Assembly: GCA_963806225.1 (NCBI GenBank)
Contig: CAWDXG010000001.1
Coordinates: forward strand, 608,001 to 672,000
DNA: 64,000 nt
DNA from: an uncultured delta proteobacterium
Lineage (GTDB): Bacteria; Myxococcota_A; Polyangia; Polyangiales; Polyangiaceae
Direction of reading: 5' to 3'
The notes beneath the pieces are model-generated. The model made no database searches. It saw only the letters and a program-made list of their open reading frames with translations, and was not told the DNA's origin. The translations under genes were made by a program, and so were the position numbers. Shown here one piece after another: positions 37,328 to 47,627 of the stretch (position 1 is the stretch's first letter; every line of letters starts with the position of its first letter).

Positions 37328-39172
37328 CTAGATGATGACACTTGCGGTCTGGGGGAACAGCAGATCGACGAAACGCTCGGCGGTCGGTTGCGGTTCGTGG
37401 TTCGCAAGCCCGGGCCGCTCGTTGGCTTCGATGATCCAGTAGCGTGGGCCGTCGACCGAGGGCACGACGAAATCGAGCCCCACGACCGGGATATTCAGCG
37501 CGGTTGCGGCGGTCTCGGCGGCGCTCACCAGTCGCGGATGCAGGTCGGCGGTCACATCGTGGATGGTACCACCGGTGTGCAGATTCGCCGTCTTGCGGAC
37601 CACGACCGTCTCCCCGGCCGGCAATTGGGTGTCCAGCGAGTACCCCGCGCGCTTGACGCAGCGCTCCGTTTCCTCGTCGAGCGGGATCCGGCTCTCTCCC
37701 CCTGTGGCCGCCGCGCGCCGTCGGCTCTGTTTCTCGATCAGGCTGCGGATCGTGTGTTGGCCGGTTCCGGTGACCTGCGGCGGATGGCGGACGGCGGCCG
37801 CGACGACCCGGAAATCGATGACGATGATGCGCAGGTCCTCGCCTTCCACCATCTCCTCGATCAGCACGGTGTCGGAGCACTGCCTGGCGGCTTCGGCGGC
37901 CCGGCGGAGCTCCTTCTTCGTGCGGATGTCCACCCGGACGCCTCTGCCCTGCTCGCCGCGGGCTGGTTTGACGACGACGCGGCTATGCAGGGCGAGGAAC
38001 GCTTCGTCGTCTTTCCTGCGGGTGGCGTTCGTCTGCGCGGGCACGTTCAGCCCCGACTCGAGCAGCACGCGCCGCGTGACGCGCTTGTCGTCGCAGCGGC
38101 TCATCGCCACGGCGTTGGTGAGCTCGCTGAGCGATTCCCTGCAGGTGATGGTGCGACCGCCGAAGCTCAACGCGAAGAATCCGCCCTCTTCGTCCAGCAC
38201 TTCCACCCCGATCCCGCGGCGGCGCGCTTCGCGCACGATGATGGCGGCGTAGGGGTTGAGCTCCGCTTCCGGCGGGCTCGCGATGAACAGGGGCTCGTTG
38301 ATGACGTTCTTCTTCTTGACGCAGAAGACCGGTACGCGCTGGAAGCCGAGCTTCTCGTAGAGCGCGATGGCCTGCTTGTTGTCGTGCATCACCGAGAGGT
38401 CGAGGAACGCCCGGCCGCGGGCGATGTAGTGCTCCAGGAGGTGCGTGACCAGCGCCTGGCCCACGCCGGGGTGCGTCGTCTGCGGATCCACTGCCAGCGC
38501 CCAGAGGCTGCAGCCGTTTTCCGGGTCACCGAAGGCTTCCAGGTGATCGACTCCAGTGACCGTGCCGATGACCTCTCCGGTGCTCGCATCCTCGGCCACG
38601 AGGTACGTCAGGACGCGTGATTTGCGCTGCGCCCATACGAAATCCGGATCCGCCTCGACCATGTGGCGGCGCTTGTAGATGTCGTTTGCGCTTACCGCGT
38701 CGGAACGCTTCTGCAGCCGCCGCACCGTGTAGCCGGCCGCGGGCGCCGGCGGAGGGCGGTACTGCTCGAGGTACAGGCGGTACGTGTGCGACGGGTCCAG
38801 GAACAGATCCTGCGGTGCGATCGACAGCACGACGTGCGGGTCGCCGAGGTAGAAGGCGATGTCCCGCGTGCCCGGTCGCTCCTCGCACAGGGCGTGCGCG
38901 ATCTGTTCGTTCGAGTCGAAAGTATGGCCGAACAAGAGGCGGCCCCAGCCGCAGTCGACGACGACGTTGTGCTCGGCGTGCGACTCGTCCGCACGCCCCG
39001 GATGTTTCCAGGTCTTGAGCGTGGGCGCGTTGTCGCGATCGACCCGGTGGTGCGAGCCAGGTCCGAGTCGCTCGGGGTTCATGCGGGTTGCCGCGCGCGG
39101 CTTCCTCCCGCCGCGCGCCACCTCACCATCGCCCCTCCGCGTAGACAAGACATTCACCCCTTCCGCTGTCAA
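37328..39172 (-). CDS. ngg: N-acetylglutaminylglutamine synthetase (GNAT + ATP-grasp); start may be 39083
   Basis: DCGWGRL.FGHTF, LFLDPS, SLWALAVDPQ GNAT domain, ATP-grasp ending IEANERPGLANHEPQPTAERF. Confidence 0.92.
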   Translation of the reverse strand: MTAEGVNVLSTRRGDGEVARGGRKPRAATRMNPERLGPGSHHRVDRDNAPTLKTWKHPGRADESHAEHNVVVDCGWGRLLFGHTFDSNEQIAHALCEERPGTRDIAFYLGDPHVVLSIAPQDLFLDPSHTYRLYLEQYRPPPAPAAGYTVRRLQKRSDAVSANDIYKRRHMVEADPDFVWAQRKSRVLTYLVAEDASTGEVIGTVTGVDHLEAFGDPENGCSLWALAVDPQTTHPGVGQALVTHLLEHYIARGRAFLDLSVMHDNKQAIALYEKLGFQRVPVFCVKKKNVINEPLFIASPPEAELNPYAAIIVREARRRGIGVEVLDEEGGFFALSFGGRTITCRESLSELTNAVAMSRCDDKRVTRRVLLESGLNVPAQTNATRRKDDEAFLALHSRVVVKPARGEQGRGVRVDIRTKKELRRAAEAARQCSDTVLIEEMVEGEDLRIIVIDFRVVAAAVRHPPQVTGTGQHTIRSLIEKQSRRRAAATGGESRIPLDEETERCVKRAGYSLDTQLPAGETVVVRKTANLHTGGTIHDVTADLHPRLVSAAETAATALNIPVVGLDFVVPSVDGPRYWIIEANERPGLANHEPQPTAERFVDLLFPQTASVII

Positions 39173-40941
39173 AGGTCGTGGATCTGCAGCCAGAGCTCGA
39201 GCAGGGCGACCTGCCAGAGCTTCGAGCCGCCGAGCGGCGTGATGTGGTGCTCGGGATCCGATAGCAAGGTGTCGACGTAGCTCCGCTGGAACACGCCTCG
39301 CTGTCGGGCACGGGGCGCGTCGAGCGCGTCCCTCACCATCTCCAGGTACGGGCCCCCGAGGTACTTGAGCGCGGGAACCGGGAAGTAGCCCTTCGGGCGG
39401 TCGATGACCGCGGACGGAATGACCCGCCGGGCGGCCTCCTTCAGGACGTGCTTGCCGCCGCCCGCCACCTTCATCTCCGCGGGTACGCGAGCCGCCAGTT
39501 CCACCACGTCGTGATCCAGGAACGGGACCCGCGCCTCCAGGCCCCAGGCCATGGTCATGTTGTCGACGCGCTTGACCGGATCGTCCACCAGCATGATGGT
39601 CGTGTCGATCCGGAGCACCTTGTCGATGGCGCGGCCGGCGCCGGGCTCTGCGAAGTGGCGGCGGACGAACTCGCGGCTGAAGTCGTCACTGACCAGGCCC
39701 GGTTCGACGACACGGGCGTAGTCGGCGTGATCGCGGTCGAAGAAGACCCGCGCGTAGTCGCCTACAGCGTCGGTGCTCTCGAGCATCGGCGGATACCAGT
39801 GGTAGCCGGCGAAGATCTCGTCCGCTCCCTGACCGCTCTGTACGACCTTGACGTGCTTTTTCACCTCCTCCGACAGGAGGTAGAAGCCGATCGCATCGTG
39901 GCTGACCATGGGTTCGCTCATCGAGTCGATGCAGCGGATCAGGCTCGGCAGGGCGCGGCTGGAATCCACGAAGATCTTGTGGTGCGTCGTCTCGAAGCGC
40001 TCGGCGACGATGTCCGAGTACATGAACTCGTCGCCCTTTTCCCGGCCGACCGTCTCGAAGCCGATCGAGAACGTCTCGAGGCCTTTCTGCCCGGCTTCGG
40101 CCAGGAGCCCCACGACGAGACTCGAGTCCAGCCCCCCGGAGAGCAGCACGCCGACCGGCACGTCCGCGACCAGGCGTCTCTTGACGGCCCTGCGCAGCAC
40201 CTCCAGCACGCGCTCCTGCCACTCCTCGAAGGAGACACCGGCCTCGCCCTCTTCGGGTTCGAACACGGGCCGCCAGTAGATGCGCTCGCGCCGCGAGCCG
40301 TCCGGCTCCACCACCATCAGCGTCGCCGGAGGGAGCTTCCGCACTCCCTGGAGGATCGTGTGCGGCGCGGGGACGACCGCGTGGAAGCTCATGTAGTGAT
40401 GCAGCGCGACCGGGTCGATATTGGTGTCGACGCCGCCTGCCTTCACGATCGCCGGCAGCGACGACGAGAAGCGCAGCGCTCCATCGACCTCCGCGTAGTA
40501 GAGTGGCTTGATGCCGAGCCGGTCGCGGGCCATCACCACCCGGCCGCTGTCGCGCTCGAGGATCGCAAACGCGAACATGCCGTACAGCCGCTCGACGAAC
40601 CCTTCTCCCCAGGCGTGGTAGGCCTTGAGCAGGACCTCCGTGTCGCCGGTCGAGAAGAAGCGATAGCCTTTGGCTTCGAGCTCCTTCTTGAGCTCCGGGT
40701 AGTTGTAGATCGCGCCGTTGTAGACGATGTTCAGCCCGAGCGCGCTGTCGACCATCGGCTGCTGTGCGCTCTCCGTCAGATCGATGATCTCGAGCCGACG
40801 GTGCCCCAGCGCGACGCGCCCACGAGCCAGAAGGCCGGACGCGTCCGGCCCGCGCGGCTCCATGGCAGCGGTCATGCGCTCGACCGCGTCGATCGAGGCC
40901 GCGCTACCGTCCGAGCGGATTTCGCCGCAGATCCCGCACAA
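39169..40941 (-). CDS. asnO: N-acetylglutaminylglutamine amidotransferase (AsnB-like)
   Basis: TTG start gives M-CGICGE (N-terminal Cys nucleophile); RGPD, GHRRL.IIDL, LLSGGLDSS, SGQGADE, DDPVKRVDNMTMA. Confidence 0.93.
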   Translation of the reverse strand: MCGICGEIRSDGSAASIDAVERMTAAMEPRGPDASGLLARGRVALGHRRLEIIDLTESAQQPMVDSALGLNIVYNGAIYNYPELKKELEAKGYRFFSTGDTEVLLKAYHAWGEGFVERLYGMFAFAILERDSGRVVMARDRLGIKPLYYAEVDGALRFSSSLPAIVKAGGVDTNIDPVALHHYMSFHAVVPAPHTILQGVRKLPPATLMVVEPDGSRRERIYWRPVFEPEEGEAGVSFEEWQERVLEVLRRAVKRRLVADVPVGVLLSGGLDSSLVVGLLAEAGQKGLETFSIGFETVGREKGDEFMYSDIVAERFETTHHKIFVDSSRALPSLIRCIDSMSEPMVSHDAIGFYLLSEEVKKHVKVVQSGQGADEIFAGYHWYPPMLESTDAVGDYARVFFDRDHADYARVVEPGLVSDDFSREFVRRHFAEPGAGRAIDKVLRIDTTIMLVDDPVKRVDNMTMAWGLEARVPFLDHDVVELAARVPAEMKVAGGGKHVLKEAARRVIPSAVIDRPKGYFPVPALKYLGGPYLEMVRDALDAPRARQRGVFQRSYVDTLLSDPEHHITPLGGSKLWQVALLELWLQIHDL

Positions 40942-41523
40942 GTGAGCGTTCGTCCCTGGGTATGCCAGCGCCCCGGAAATCAAGCCGCCGCAGTGGCCGC
41001 CCGACAACGCCGCTCGACCGACCCCGATGGCAGCCGAGCCGCGTGCTCTTCCGGTAGCAGTTGAGTACCATCGTATAACAATCCGGCCTTCCGCTGTCCA
41101 CCGGCGGCGCGGCGCAAATCCCGGTAATTCCAGCGTCATTCCGCAAGCGCGCGGGCGGCACCTGCTCGGCCGCGGGGCGCTCGCGCTTCGCGACACGCGC
41201 GGAAGGGCGAGCCGCTTGTGGTCGGACATCCGGCTGCGCGTGGTTGCCGGCGCGTCGATCGCGCTTCAGTTTCCATGTGGAGGTGAAGCCCCCCGGAGGT
41301 GAAGCGGACCTGGACCTGCTTGCTGGAGCCGGCGCGGGTTGCGTGCCGCTCCGGCACACACGGTAGCGAGTCATCCGCCGTCACCGGAAGTCGGAAGCCG
41401 GGAAGTCGGATCGTCCCGATGCACAGGGCTTTCGTGGGTGCGACATCACCGCCGATGTAGGTGCTGCTCCCACTGCTCTCGCCCTCTTTCATAATATCGG
41501 GAGCGCGCCCCGACTCACCAGTC

Positions 41524-43002
41524 ATGGCGAAATGGGGTATCCGGGTCGAATATCTAGGCATCCTGGCCGGCTGCGCGTTTGCGCTGGCGTTGGGAAGGGG
41601 GTGCAGCAGCGACACGCAGTCCGGCAGCGCCTCGCACAAGGATGCCGGCCCGGACGCAGCGGGTGACACCGGCACCGCCGATGGGAGCGGCGGCAGCGGT
41701 GGCGCCAACGGCAACTGCCAGCTCGTAGGGACCAGTTGCGCCGCGAACAGCGACTGCTGCTCGGCCAACTGCGATCCGAAGCTGCAGGCGTGTGCCAACC
41801 CGGTCGGTTCGTGCAAGACCGCGGGGCAGGCGTGCTCTTCACCGACGGACTGCTGCACGCTGGTCTGCAACGGCGGACAGTGCGGCTCCAAGCTGTGCAC
41901 GTCCGACAACCAGCCGTGCACCACGGACGGCGAGTGCTGTGGCGGCAAGTGCGGAGCTGGGCCCGACGGCGGCGCCAAGGTCTGTCAGCCGCTCAACACC
42001 ACCTGCAAGACATCGGGCAACACCTGCTCGGCCAACGGCGACTGCTGCTCGTCGGTGTGCACGAACGGCACCTGCTCTGCCAAGCCGTCCTTCTGCACCC
42101 AGACCGGCGACACCTGCTCCAAGGATACCGACTGCTGCGGCGGCATCTGCACCAAGCAGTCCGGCGCGACTCTCGGAATCTGCTCGTTGCCCGCAGCGCC
42201 CGGCGGCACCCAGTGTCTCGTTGCCGGCGAGGTGTGCAGCGGTGGCGCGATGGCGAGCGCCGACGCCGGAACCATTCCGCAGTGCGGCGGCGATTGCTGC
42301 AGCCGTGCGTGTGGTCCCTACGGTCCGACCGGCGTGTACGTGTGCCAGCCGGCCAGCGGCTGCCGGCCTACCGGCGACATCTGCACCAAGGACTCGGACT
42401 GCTGCGGCTCGACGGGCATGCCGGGCGGAAACGGCTCCGTCAAGTGCAGCAAGGGAGCAGGCCAGAAGGTCGGCCGCTGCGACAACGGGCAGGGCTGCCG
42501 TCCCGCCGGCGCGGTGTGCAAGCTCGCGAGCACCTCGTGCAACGCCGAGAACCACTGCTGCGCGGGCAACGTCAACACGGACCCGACGGTGTGCCAGCAG
42601 GATCTCCTGGGCGTTCCGCGCTGCACCGGCGTCGGCGGCTGCGGCGACGCGGGCTCGATGGCGGGCAAGGCCTGTGCGAGCAGCGCGGACTGCTGCGGCC
42701 TGCCGTGCCTGCCTAACGCCAACGGGACCGGATTCGTCTGCGGTACGACCTGCGTGAAGGCCGGCGGCGACTGTTCGAGCAACGCCGACTGCTGCGCGGG
42801 GCTGCCCTGCACGCTGGATCCGGGCTCGAGCAAGGGCTACTGCGGCTATCCGCCCACTCCCGACGCCGGCACCGACAGCGGCCCGCCGCCGCAGGACGGC
42901 GGAACCTGCGCGCTGCTGGGCCAGACCTGCACGCAGAACAGCGACTGCTGCAATGGCGTGCCGTGCACCAACGGCATCTGCAAGTGGGTCATCCCGCAGT
43001 AG
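41524..43002 (+). CDS. Secreted/lipoprotein with ~11 tandem C-C-CC-C-C (knottin-pattern) modules
   Basis: Signal then GCSS; repeats such as CKTSGNTCSANGDCCSSVCTNGTC. Confidence 0.85.
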   Translation: MAKWGIRVEYLGILAGCAFALALGRGCSSDTQSGSASHKDAGPDAAGDTGTADGSGGSGGANGNCQLVGTSCAANSDCCSANCDPKLQACANPVGSCKTAGQACSSPTDCCTLVCNGGQCGSKLCTSDNQPCTTDGECCGGKCGAGPDGGAKVCQPLNTTCKTSGNTCSANGDCCSSVCTNGTCSAKPSFCTQTGDTCSKDTDCCGGICTKQSGATLGICSLPAAPGGTQCLVAGEVCSGGAMASADAGTIPQCGGDCCSRACGPYGPTGVYVCQPASGCRPTGDICTKDSDCCGSTGMPGGNGSVKCSKGAGQKVGRCDNGQGCRPAGAVCKLASTSCNAENHCCAGNVNTDPTVCQQDLLGVPRCTGVGGCGDAGSMAGKACASSADCCGLPCLPNANGTGFVCGTTCVKAGGDCSSNADCCAGLPCTLDPGSSKGYCGYPPTPDAGTDSGPPPQDGGTCALLGQTCTQNSDCCNGVPCTNGICKWVIPQ

Positions 43003-43020
43003 CAGCGGCGTAGCCGCGCA

Positions 43021-43049
43021 GACGGGCGGGCCGCGTCGGCCCGCCCGTC
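43021..43049. terminator. 13-bp hairpin between convergent genes
   Basis: gacgggcgggccg-cgt-cggcccgcccgtc. Confidence 0.7.
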
Positions 43050-43050
43050 G

Positions 43051-43821
43051 CTATTTCGTGGCCTGAGTGCACGCCGCGCCGAGCAATCCGTACAGCTCGC
43101 GGCGCATCGCGTACGGCACGCTGTGGCGCACGCCGGGGAACGCCCTGAGCTCGGCGCGGTATCCGGCGGCACGCAGGGCCTCGACCGCACTCTTCGATCG
43201 GTCGACGGGCACCCGTGGGTCGTCCCTGCCGTGCAGCGCGACGACGGGCGGCAGCGGTCCGGCGGGGCGCTTGGCGGGGCGGAGCTGGGCCGGCAACATG
43301 CCGCCCATCGGATACGCCGCCGCGATGCGTCCGGGGTAGAGCGCCGCGATCGCGAACGAGAGCATGCCGCCCTGCGAAAACCCCGTGACGATGGGCCGCC
43401 CGAGCGTCGGACGGCGGCGCGCGGCCTCCGCCATCGCACGGGCGACCTGATCGGTCGCGCGGTGGATCCGTTCGGCGAGCTTCGCGTCGTCGCCCATCTC
43501 GAACCACGAGTAGCCGCCGTGGAAGGGCAGGGGTGCGCGCAGCACGACGACGCGCGCTCGCGCGTCCAGTCCGTCGAACACGTGGATGAAGCTCGCGGGG
43601 CGATCGCCCAGACCGTGCAGCGCCACGATGAGCGGCAGCCGTGCCTGCCTCGACGCGCCGCCCGTGACGCGCTCCACGAAGTGGAGGCCGGCGAACGTGT
43701 CCGGAGCGTCGACCGCGTGCGCTGCTCCAGGCTTGCTGGACGCGGCGGGATGGGGCGCGGGTCTGTGGTCGCATCCCACGACCAGCGTCGCGAGGACCAG
43801 GAACCGGAACGCTGCTTTCAT
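43051..43821 (-). CDS. Phospholipase/carboxylesterase lipoprotein
   Basis: Lipobox VVGC; LHGLGD, GFSQGG, HG.DD..V, H. Confidence 0.9.
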   Translation of the reverse strand: MKAAFRFLVLATLVVGCDHRPAPHPAASSKPGAAHAVDAPDTFAGLHFVERVTGGASRQARLPLIVALHGLGDRPASFIHVFDGLDARARVVVLRAPLPFHGGYSWFEMGDDAKLAERIHRATDQVARAMAEAARRRPTLGRPIVTGFSQGGMLSFAIAALYPGRIAAAYPMGGMLPAQLRPAKRPAGPLPPVVALHGRDDPRVPVDRSKSAVEALRAAGYRAELRAFPGVRHSVPYAMRRELYGLLGAACTQATK

Positions 43822-43890
43822 GGCTGGATGCCGGAGCTTTCGACAGGCATGGCGCGGACAGGCCGCGACGTTCTACAATCGCGCGCCACG

Positions 43891-45933
43891 ATGCGGAAGA
43901 TCTTCCTGCTTGTCTCGTTGTGTCTGCTGTCGGCCGGCTGCGGGAGCAGCGGCGATTCTGGCTCCAAGGGCACGCTCGCGGTGTTCGACCTGGGTGCCGA
44001 TCTCTCCCAGGCGGACAGCTACTACGACGTGCCGTTCCCTTCCGACCTCAGGCTTACGGCCCAGGGGACGCCCGATGTGAGCGGCTTCCCGAATCCCTAC
44101 AACAAGCAGATCGTCAGCGGGCTCAAGCACATCGCAGGCCAGCGCCCCGGTTTTTCGACGGTTCCCGTTGCCTTCTTCCGCTTCACCGGCGCCATCCTGC
44201 CCCGCACTCCGGACCAGCTCATCCCCGCCGACCCGTCTTCGCCCATCCTGCTCATCGACGTGGACAAGAGCTCGCCCGATCGCGGAAAGCTCATCCCCAC
44301 CATCGCGAATACGCCCGGCAGCGACGGCGCGTACATTCCCGACAACCTGTTGGCGGTGTCGGCGTACCCAGGCATCGTGCTGCACCCGAAGCGACAGTAC
44401 GCATTCGTCGTGATGCGCTCCGCCGACGATGTCGCGAAGAAGCCACTCGGCGTTCCGGGTGCACTCCGGCAGCTGGAAGCGGGCAAGGCGCCGAGCGGGG
44501 CGAAAGGCGCGGACGCGGTGAAGCTCTATGCTCCGCTCTGGGACACGCTGCAGAAAGCCGGCATCGACAAGGCCCAGGTGGCAGCCGCTACCGTGTTCAC
44601 CACCGGCGACGTCGTACAGGAGACGTACGACATGTCGAACGCGCTGCTCGCCAAGTACGACCTCACGATCGATAACCTCACGCTGGATCCGTCTAGTGCC
44701 ACGGCGCCGCGCTTCTGTGAGCTCAGGGGCACCATCGACTACCCGGAGTTCCAGAAGGGCAAACCACCGTACGACACCGATGGCGAGTTCGTGCTCGACA
44801 AGAGTGGCGTGCCGATCGAACAGCGCAAGCTGACCGCGCCGATCGTGCTCACGCTGCCCAAGCAGCCCATGCCGCAGGGCGGCTACCCGCTCGTGATGTA
44901 CTTCCACGGCTCCGGCGGCCTCAGCACACAGGTGGTCGACCGGGGCACCGTGACGGTCAAGGGCGGTCAGCCCACGCCGGGACAGGGGCCGGCCTACGTG
45001 CTCGCGCCGTTCGGTTTCGCCGCCGCGGGCAGCGCACTGCCGCTGAATCCGGAACGCGTGCCCGGCGCCGGCGAGACGGAGTACCTCAACACCAACAACC
45101 TGGCGGCGTTCCCCTATACGTTCCGCCAGGGCGCGATCGAGCAGCGGCTGTTCATCGAGGCGCTGTCGAAGCTCCAGATCGACCCGTCGTTGCTCGCCGG
45201 CTGCAGCGGACCGACGCTGCCCACCGGCCAGACGAAGTTCAAGTTCAATACCGACCCGCTGCTGGCGATGGGCCAGTCGATGGGCGGCATGTACACCAAC
45301 ATGATCGGCGCGGTGGAACCGAAGATCAAAGCCGTGGTGCCGACCGGCGCCGGCGGATTCTGGCGCCAGTTCATCGTCCAGACGAAGCTGCTCGGCAATC
45401 TGGGCAGGCTGGTGGGCATCATTCTCGGGCTCGACGCGAAAACGGAGCTCACTCCCCTGCATCCCGCGCTCGCTCTGCTGGAGACAGGCTGGGAGCCGGC
45501 CGAGCCCATGGTCTACATGCCGCGGCTCGCGCGCCGTCCGCTGTCCGGCAGTCCCGTACGTCCCATCTACGAACCGGTGGGCAAGGGCGACAGCTACTTC
45601 CCGACCACGCTCTACAACGCGATCGTGCTCGCCTACGGCCACGAGGAAGCGGGTGACATTGTCTGGCCCGAGATGCAGGACTCGCTCAAGGTCGTAGGCC
45701 TCGACGGTATCGTGAAGTATCCCGTCAAGGACGATCTCACCTCCGAGGCCGGTAAGAAGTTCACGGGCGTTGTCGTGCAGTACGAGGGTGACGGCATCTA
45801 CGATCCGCACGCGATCTTCGCGCAGCTCGACGCCGTGAAGTACCAGTACGGCTGCTTCTTCAAGTCGTTCCTCGACACCGGAACCGCCGTCGTGCCCGCC
45901 CCGGCGCCGCTCGGCACGCCGTGCCCGGAGTAG
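43891..45933 (+). CDS. Large lipase-like lipoprotein (Ig-like N-domain + alpha/beta hydrolase)
   Basis: Lipobox SAGC; PFPSD; YFHG, GQSMG, GKGDSY, DPH. Confidence 0.85.
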   Translation: MRKIFLLVSLCLLSAGCGSSGDSGSKGTLAVFDLGADLSQADSYYDVPFPSDLRLTAQGTPDVSGFPNPYNKQIVSGLKHIAGQRPGFSTVPVAFFRFTGAILPRTPDQLIPADPSSPILLIDVDKSSPDRGKLIPTIANTPGSDGAYIPDNLLAVSAYPGIVLHPKRQYAFVVMRSADDVAKKPLGVPGALRQLEAGKAPSGAKGADAVKLYAPLWDTLQKAGIDKAQVAAATVFTTGDVVQETYDMSNALLAKYDLTIDNLTLDPSSATAPRFCELRGTIDYPEFQKGKPPYDTDGEFVLDKSGVPIEQRKLTAPIVLTLPKQPMPQGGYPLVMYFHGSGGLSTQVVDRGTVTVKGGQPTPGQGPAYVLAPFGFAAAGSALPLNPERVPGAGETEYLNTNNLAAFPYTFRQGAIEQRLFIEALSKLQIDPSLLAGCSGPTLPTGQTKFKFNTDPLLAMGQSMGGMYTNMIGAVEPKIKAVVPTGAGGFWRQFIVQTKLLGNLGRLVGIILGLDAKTELTPLHPALALLETGWEPAEPMVYMPRLARRPLSGSPVRPIYEPVGKGDSYFPTTLYNAIVLAYGHEEAGDIVWPEMQDSLKVVGLDGIVKYPVKDDLTSEAGKKFTGVVVQYEGDGIYDPHAIFAQLDAVKYQYGCFFKSFLDTGTAVVPAPAPLGTPCPE

Positions 45934-45936
45934 CGC

Positions 45937-47404
45937 GTGGCGCGACCGTCCAGGTACGGGCTCTGGCTCGTTGCTCTCTTCGTCGGATGCGCTCCGCGCG
46001 TCGCGCCCCGGCCGCATTCCGCCGCGCAAGCTCCGGTTGTGCCGCCTGTCCCCGCCCCCGCCCCGCGGCCTCGCGCGCACCGGACTGACGACACGCCGCC
46101 TGCTCCGCCCCCGGGCAGCGCGCTGTGGGCCGAGCACTTCGGTGGCGGCGGCAGCGCGCAGGGGACCGGCATCGCCGTCGGTCCCGATCGCGATATCGTC
46201 CTGACCGGGCAATACACCCGCGACATCGAATTCGGCGACGCGCGCTACCAGAGCAGGGGTCTGGAGGACGTGTTCGTCGCCAAGCTCGACCCCGACGGCA
46301 AGCCCTTGTGGAGCCGCAGCTTCGGCGGCAAGGGGAACGACTACGCCAGCGCCGCGGCCGTGGACGCAAAGGGCAACGTCTACATCACGGGCTTCTTCAC
46401 CGGTGCGATCGACTTCGGCAGCGGCCCGGTGCGCTCGAAGGGCGTGCACGACGTCTTCCTCGTCAAGCTCTCGCCCGACGGAGAGCCGGTCTGGAGCCGC
46501 CGCTATGGCGACGCTGCCGACCAGGTGTCGCTACGGGTATTTCCCGATGCGTCCGGGCAACTTGTCGCGGCGGGCTATGCGCGGGGCACGGTCGTCTTCG
46601 GCAAGCACAGGGTGTCGAGCTATCCGGACAAGTCCACGTTCATCGCCAGGCTCGACGCCGGCGGCAACGCGCTGTGGAGCACGGGCTTCGGCCACATCTA
46701 CGACTACGCGTATCCGGCGGCCGTCACCGACGCCCGCGGTCATGTTTTCTTCAGCGCGGGCTCCGATCCGTCGCCGGAGTTCGGCGGCCCCGCGCGTCAC
46801 AAGCCGCGCGAGACCGACCTCGGCCTGGTGCTGGGCGAGCTCGACGACGCGGGCAAGGTCGTGTGGCGGAAGCGCCTGGGCGGCGGTAGCTCCAACATGG
46901 AAACGTCCATCGGGCTGGAGCCGAACGGGGACATTGTCACGGCAGGCAGCTTCGGCGGGCGGCTCGACTTCGGGGGCGGCGAGTACCGGAGCAAGGGGCT
47001 GTCGGATTCTATTCGTCGCGCGGCTGACCCGCACGGGTGCGCACGTCTGGAGCCGTCGCTTCTCCGGCTCGCGCGTGCAGAGCATCGCCGACATGGGCGT
47101 AGCGCCCGACGGCAGCCTGTACCTCGCCGGGCAATTCATGAAGGGCACACTCGACTTCCAGGCGACCGAGCTCCAGGGCGCCGGCAGCGAGAACGGTTTC
47201 GCGGCCAGGCTGGCACCCGACGGCCACGTGCTGTGGGCGCGGTGCTTCTGCACCGGTCGCCTCGACTGGCTCTCTGCCGTCGCACTCGAGTCCGCCGGAG
47301 AACCCGTCGTGACGGGTGCCTTCACGGGCAGCTTCGACGTAGGTTCGGGGGCCTTGCAGAGCGTCGGGCAGGAGGACGTGCTGGTGGCGAGGCTCCGGCC
47401 CTGA
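45937..47404 (+). pseudogene. SBBP-like beta-propeller repeat lipoprotein interrupted by a +1 frameshift near 47008
   Basis: Repeats D.FVAKL..DG..LWS..FG continue in the 46403..47404 frame; removing one T restores SKGLSDLFVARL. Confidence 0.85.
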
Positions 47405-47499
47405 CGCGCGGCGACATTTCCGCCTCGCCGGGGCGGGCTGCCACGCGACATCGGAGGGTCCACATCGGGAATTTCCAGACAATTCCCCCAATGGGTGCT

Positions 47500-47515
47500 G
47501 GGCACGGAGCTTGCT
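47500..47515 (+). promoter_or_regulatory. Sigma54 (-24/-12) promoter in a convergent intergenic gap
   Basis: GGGCACGGAGCTTGCT: GG at 47501-02, TTGC at 47511-14, spacing N10; AT-rich upstream region. Confidence 0.65.
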
Positions 47516-47525
47516 CTAGCGATGT

Positions 47526-47626
47526 GCAGGCGGCGCCGGTCGGGGGTCCGGAGGGGGGGGGCCTCCTCTTGACCCGGACCCAGGCCAGGAACGTCCGCCC
47601 GACCCATACCGCGTCGAGCGACGCGC
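47526..47626 (+). ncRNA. Candidate sigma54-driven structured small/antisense RNA with a G9 tract
   Basis: Nested stems CGGCGC/GCGUCG, GGUCGG/CCGACC, GGGUCCGG/CCGGACCC starting just after the predicted +1. Confidence 0.45.
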
Positions 47627-47627
47627 T

